A stretch of DNA of 64,000 nucleotides from positions 177,198,001-177,262,000 of the forward strand of contig NC_058368.1 of assembly GCF_018350175.1 (NCBI RefSeq), written 5' to 3'. Shown piece after piece: positions 63,018 to 64,000 of the stretch. The number at the start of each line of letters is the position of its first letter. Positions within the stretch are counted from its first letter, which is position 1. The notes beneath the pieces were generated by a model. That model made no database searches, was not told where the DNA came from, and was given only the letters and a program-made list of their open reading frames with translations. Made by a program: the position numbers and the translations under genes. Origin of the DNA: Felis catus. Lineage: Eukaryota.

Positions 63018-63545
63018 TGTCTTATGGATCATGCTTTTGATGTCATACCTAGCAAGTTTTTCACTGAGCTTTTGGATCTGTAAATTTATGTCTTTCATTC
63101 ACCAAATTTCAAAAGTCTTTGGCCATTATTTTTTCAAATATTTTTTCTGCCCCCTTTTCTTTTTTTCTCCTTCTGAGACTCTAGTTACATAAATAGTAGA
63201 TCTTTTGTTATTGTCTTACATTTTCTCCAGGCTTCCCCCCCCGCCCCCCACTCTTTTCTGAATAATTTCTTTTAGTCTGTCCTCAAGCTGATGGCATGCT
63301 GTATCTCCTTAGAAATTCACAGGATAGAGTAGCACATAAAGACTCTGAGGTCTGCAGGAGAGAGACACCCAGTGTTTCCCCACTTCCAAAATATATTTGA
63401 CCTCAGAATCCTATTTTTATGTGATACTTATCAATCAATAGCCGTGATAACCTGCAGCCATAAATATACTCTGGCAAGAGTGACGTATGTTACTATTTAA
63501 TTTGGGCAGTTATCCTTTAAGGAATAGTGAGAATGTTTTATAAGG

Positions 63546-63655
63546 GAGGTGCCTGGGTGGCTCAGTTGGTTAAGCATCCAGCTCATGATCACATGGTTCG
63601 TGGGTTCAAGCCCTGCATCAGGCTCCAACCCAACAATGTGGAGCCTGCGTGGGAC

Positions 63656-63713
<58 letters not shown>

Positions 63714-63801
63714 CTTCTCTGTCTGCCCTTCCCCCACATGGGTGCACACTCTCTCTCTCTCTCAAAATAAATAAATACACCTTAAAAAGAAAAAAAAAAA
63801 A
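63546..63801 (+). mobile_element. Can-SINE with long (CT)n
   Basis: TSD agaatg(t/g)tttataag. Confidence 0.9.
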
Positions 63802-64000
63802 GAATGGTTTATAAGGACCTTGTCAGAGCATAGGCTGACCACAGGCTTGTGTTCCATTTACACTGGATGTGTTTCTAAAAGAGTGCCGTTAATAGAGGCA
63901 CACCATGTTTAAAATAGGCATGCATTTTATTTACGAGACATAAACAGTAGAGCAGAGATGCACTTTAGAGAGATCATCTAGGACAGTGGTTGGAAACCTT

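Larger units (their letters stand above)
61085..63250 (-). mobile_element. Old L1M 3' end and ORF2 with four nested SINEs
   Basis: L1 3'UTR motifs; ORF 61462..61743 RSQTQKATYC remnant. Confidence 0.75.
1..64000 (+). other. FBXW11: Partial FBXW11 (beta-TrCP2) gene body; window is intronic apart from five coding exons
   Basis: Five spliceable exons join in frame into 235 aa matching recalled FBXW11. Residues [19 protein letters not shown]...EWQRVISEG distinguish it from paralog BTRC (ARGLDH...DAKS...EWYRVTSDG). No start exon or later WD40 exons seen. Confidence 0.95.

Noticed and set aside
3383..63814. Recurring similar ORFs (MAQSVKRPTSAQVMIS..., SLEPASDSVSPSLSAPP)
   Set aside because: Translations of Can-SINE copies, not a gene family.

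Overview
Mammalian (felid, judged from abundant Felidae-type Can-SINEs and a young cat-type L1) genomic DNA lying entirely within the body of FBXW11 (beta-TrCP2, an F-box/WD40 substrate adaptor of SCF ligases), on the + strand. Five coding exons with canonical AG/GT boundaries and consistent phases are present: 38550-38612 (63 nt, alternative), 41663-41888 (D-domain), 51761-51947 (F-box), 52816-52906 and 60400-60537 (linker and first WD40). The gene's 5' and 3' ends are outside the window. The rest is intron: about 39 Can-SINEs, one young and several old L1s, L2/MIR/L3, MLT2, MER DNA-transposon relics and microsatellites. Items missed by the ORF track are a 5'-truncated RPL17 retrocopy, a tailless 5S rRNA retropseudogene, three SINEs serially inserted at one site, an unassigned 197-bp insertion, a divergent set of CTCF-like motifs and a 60-nt MITE hairpin. 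I see no convincing evidence of a wholly new biological system. Repeat subfamily names are from recalled consensus sequences and their boundaries are approximate.
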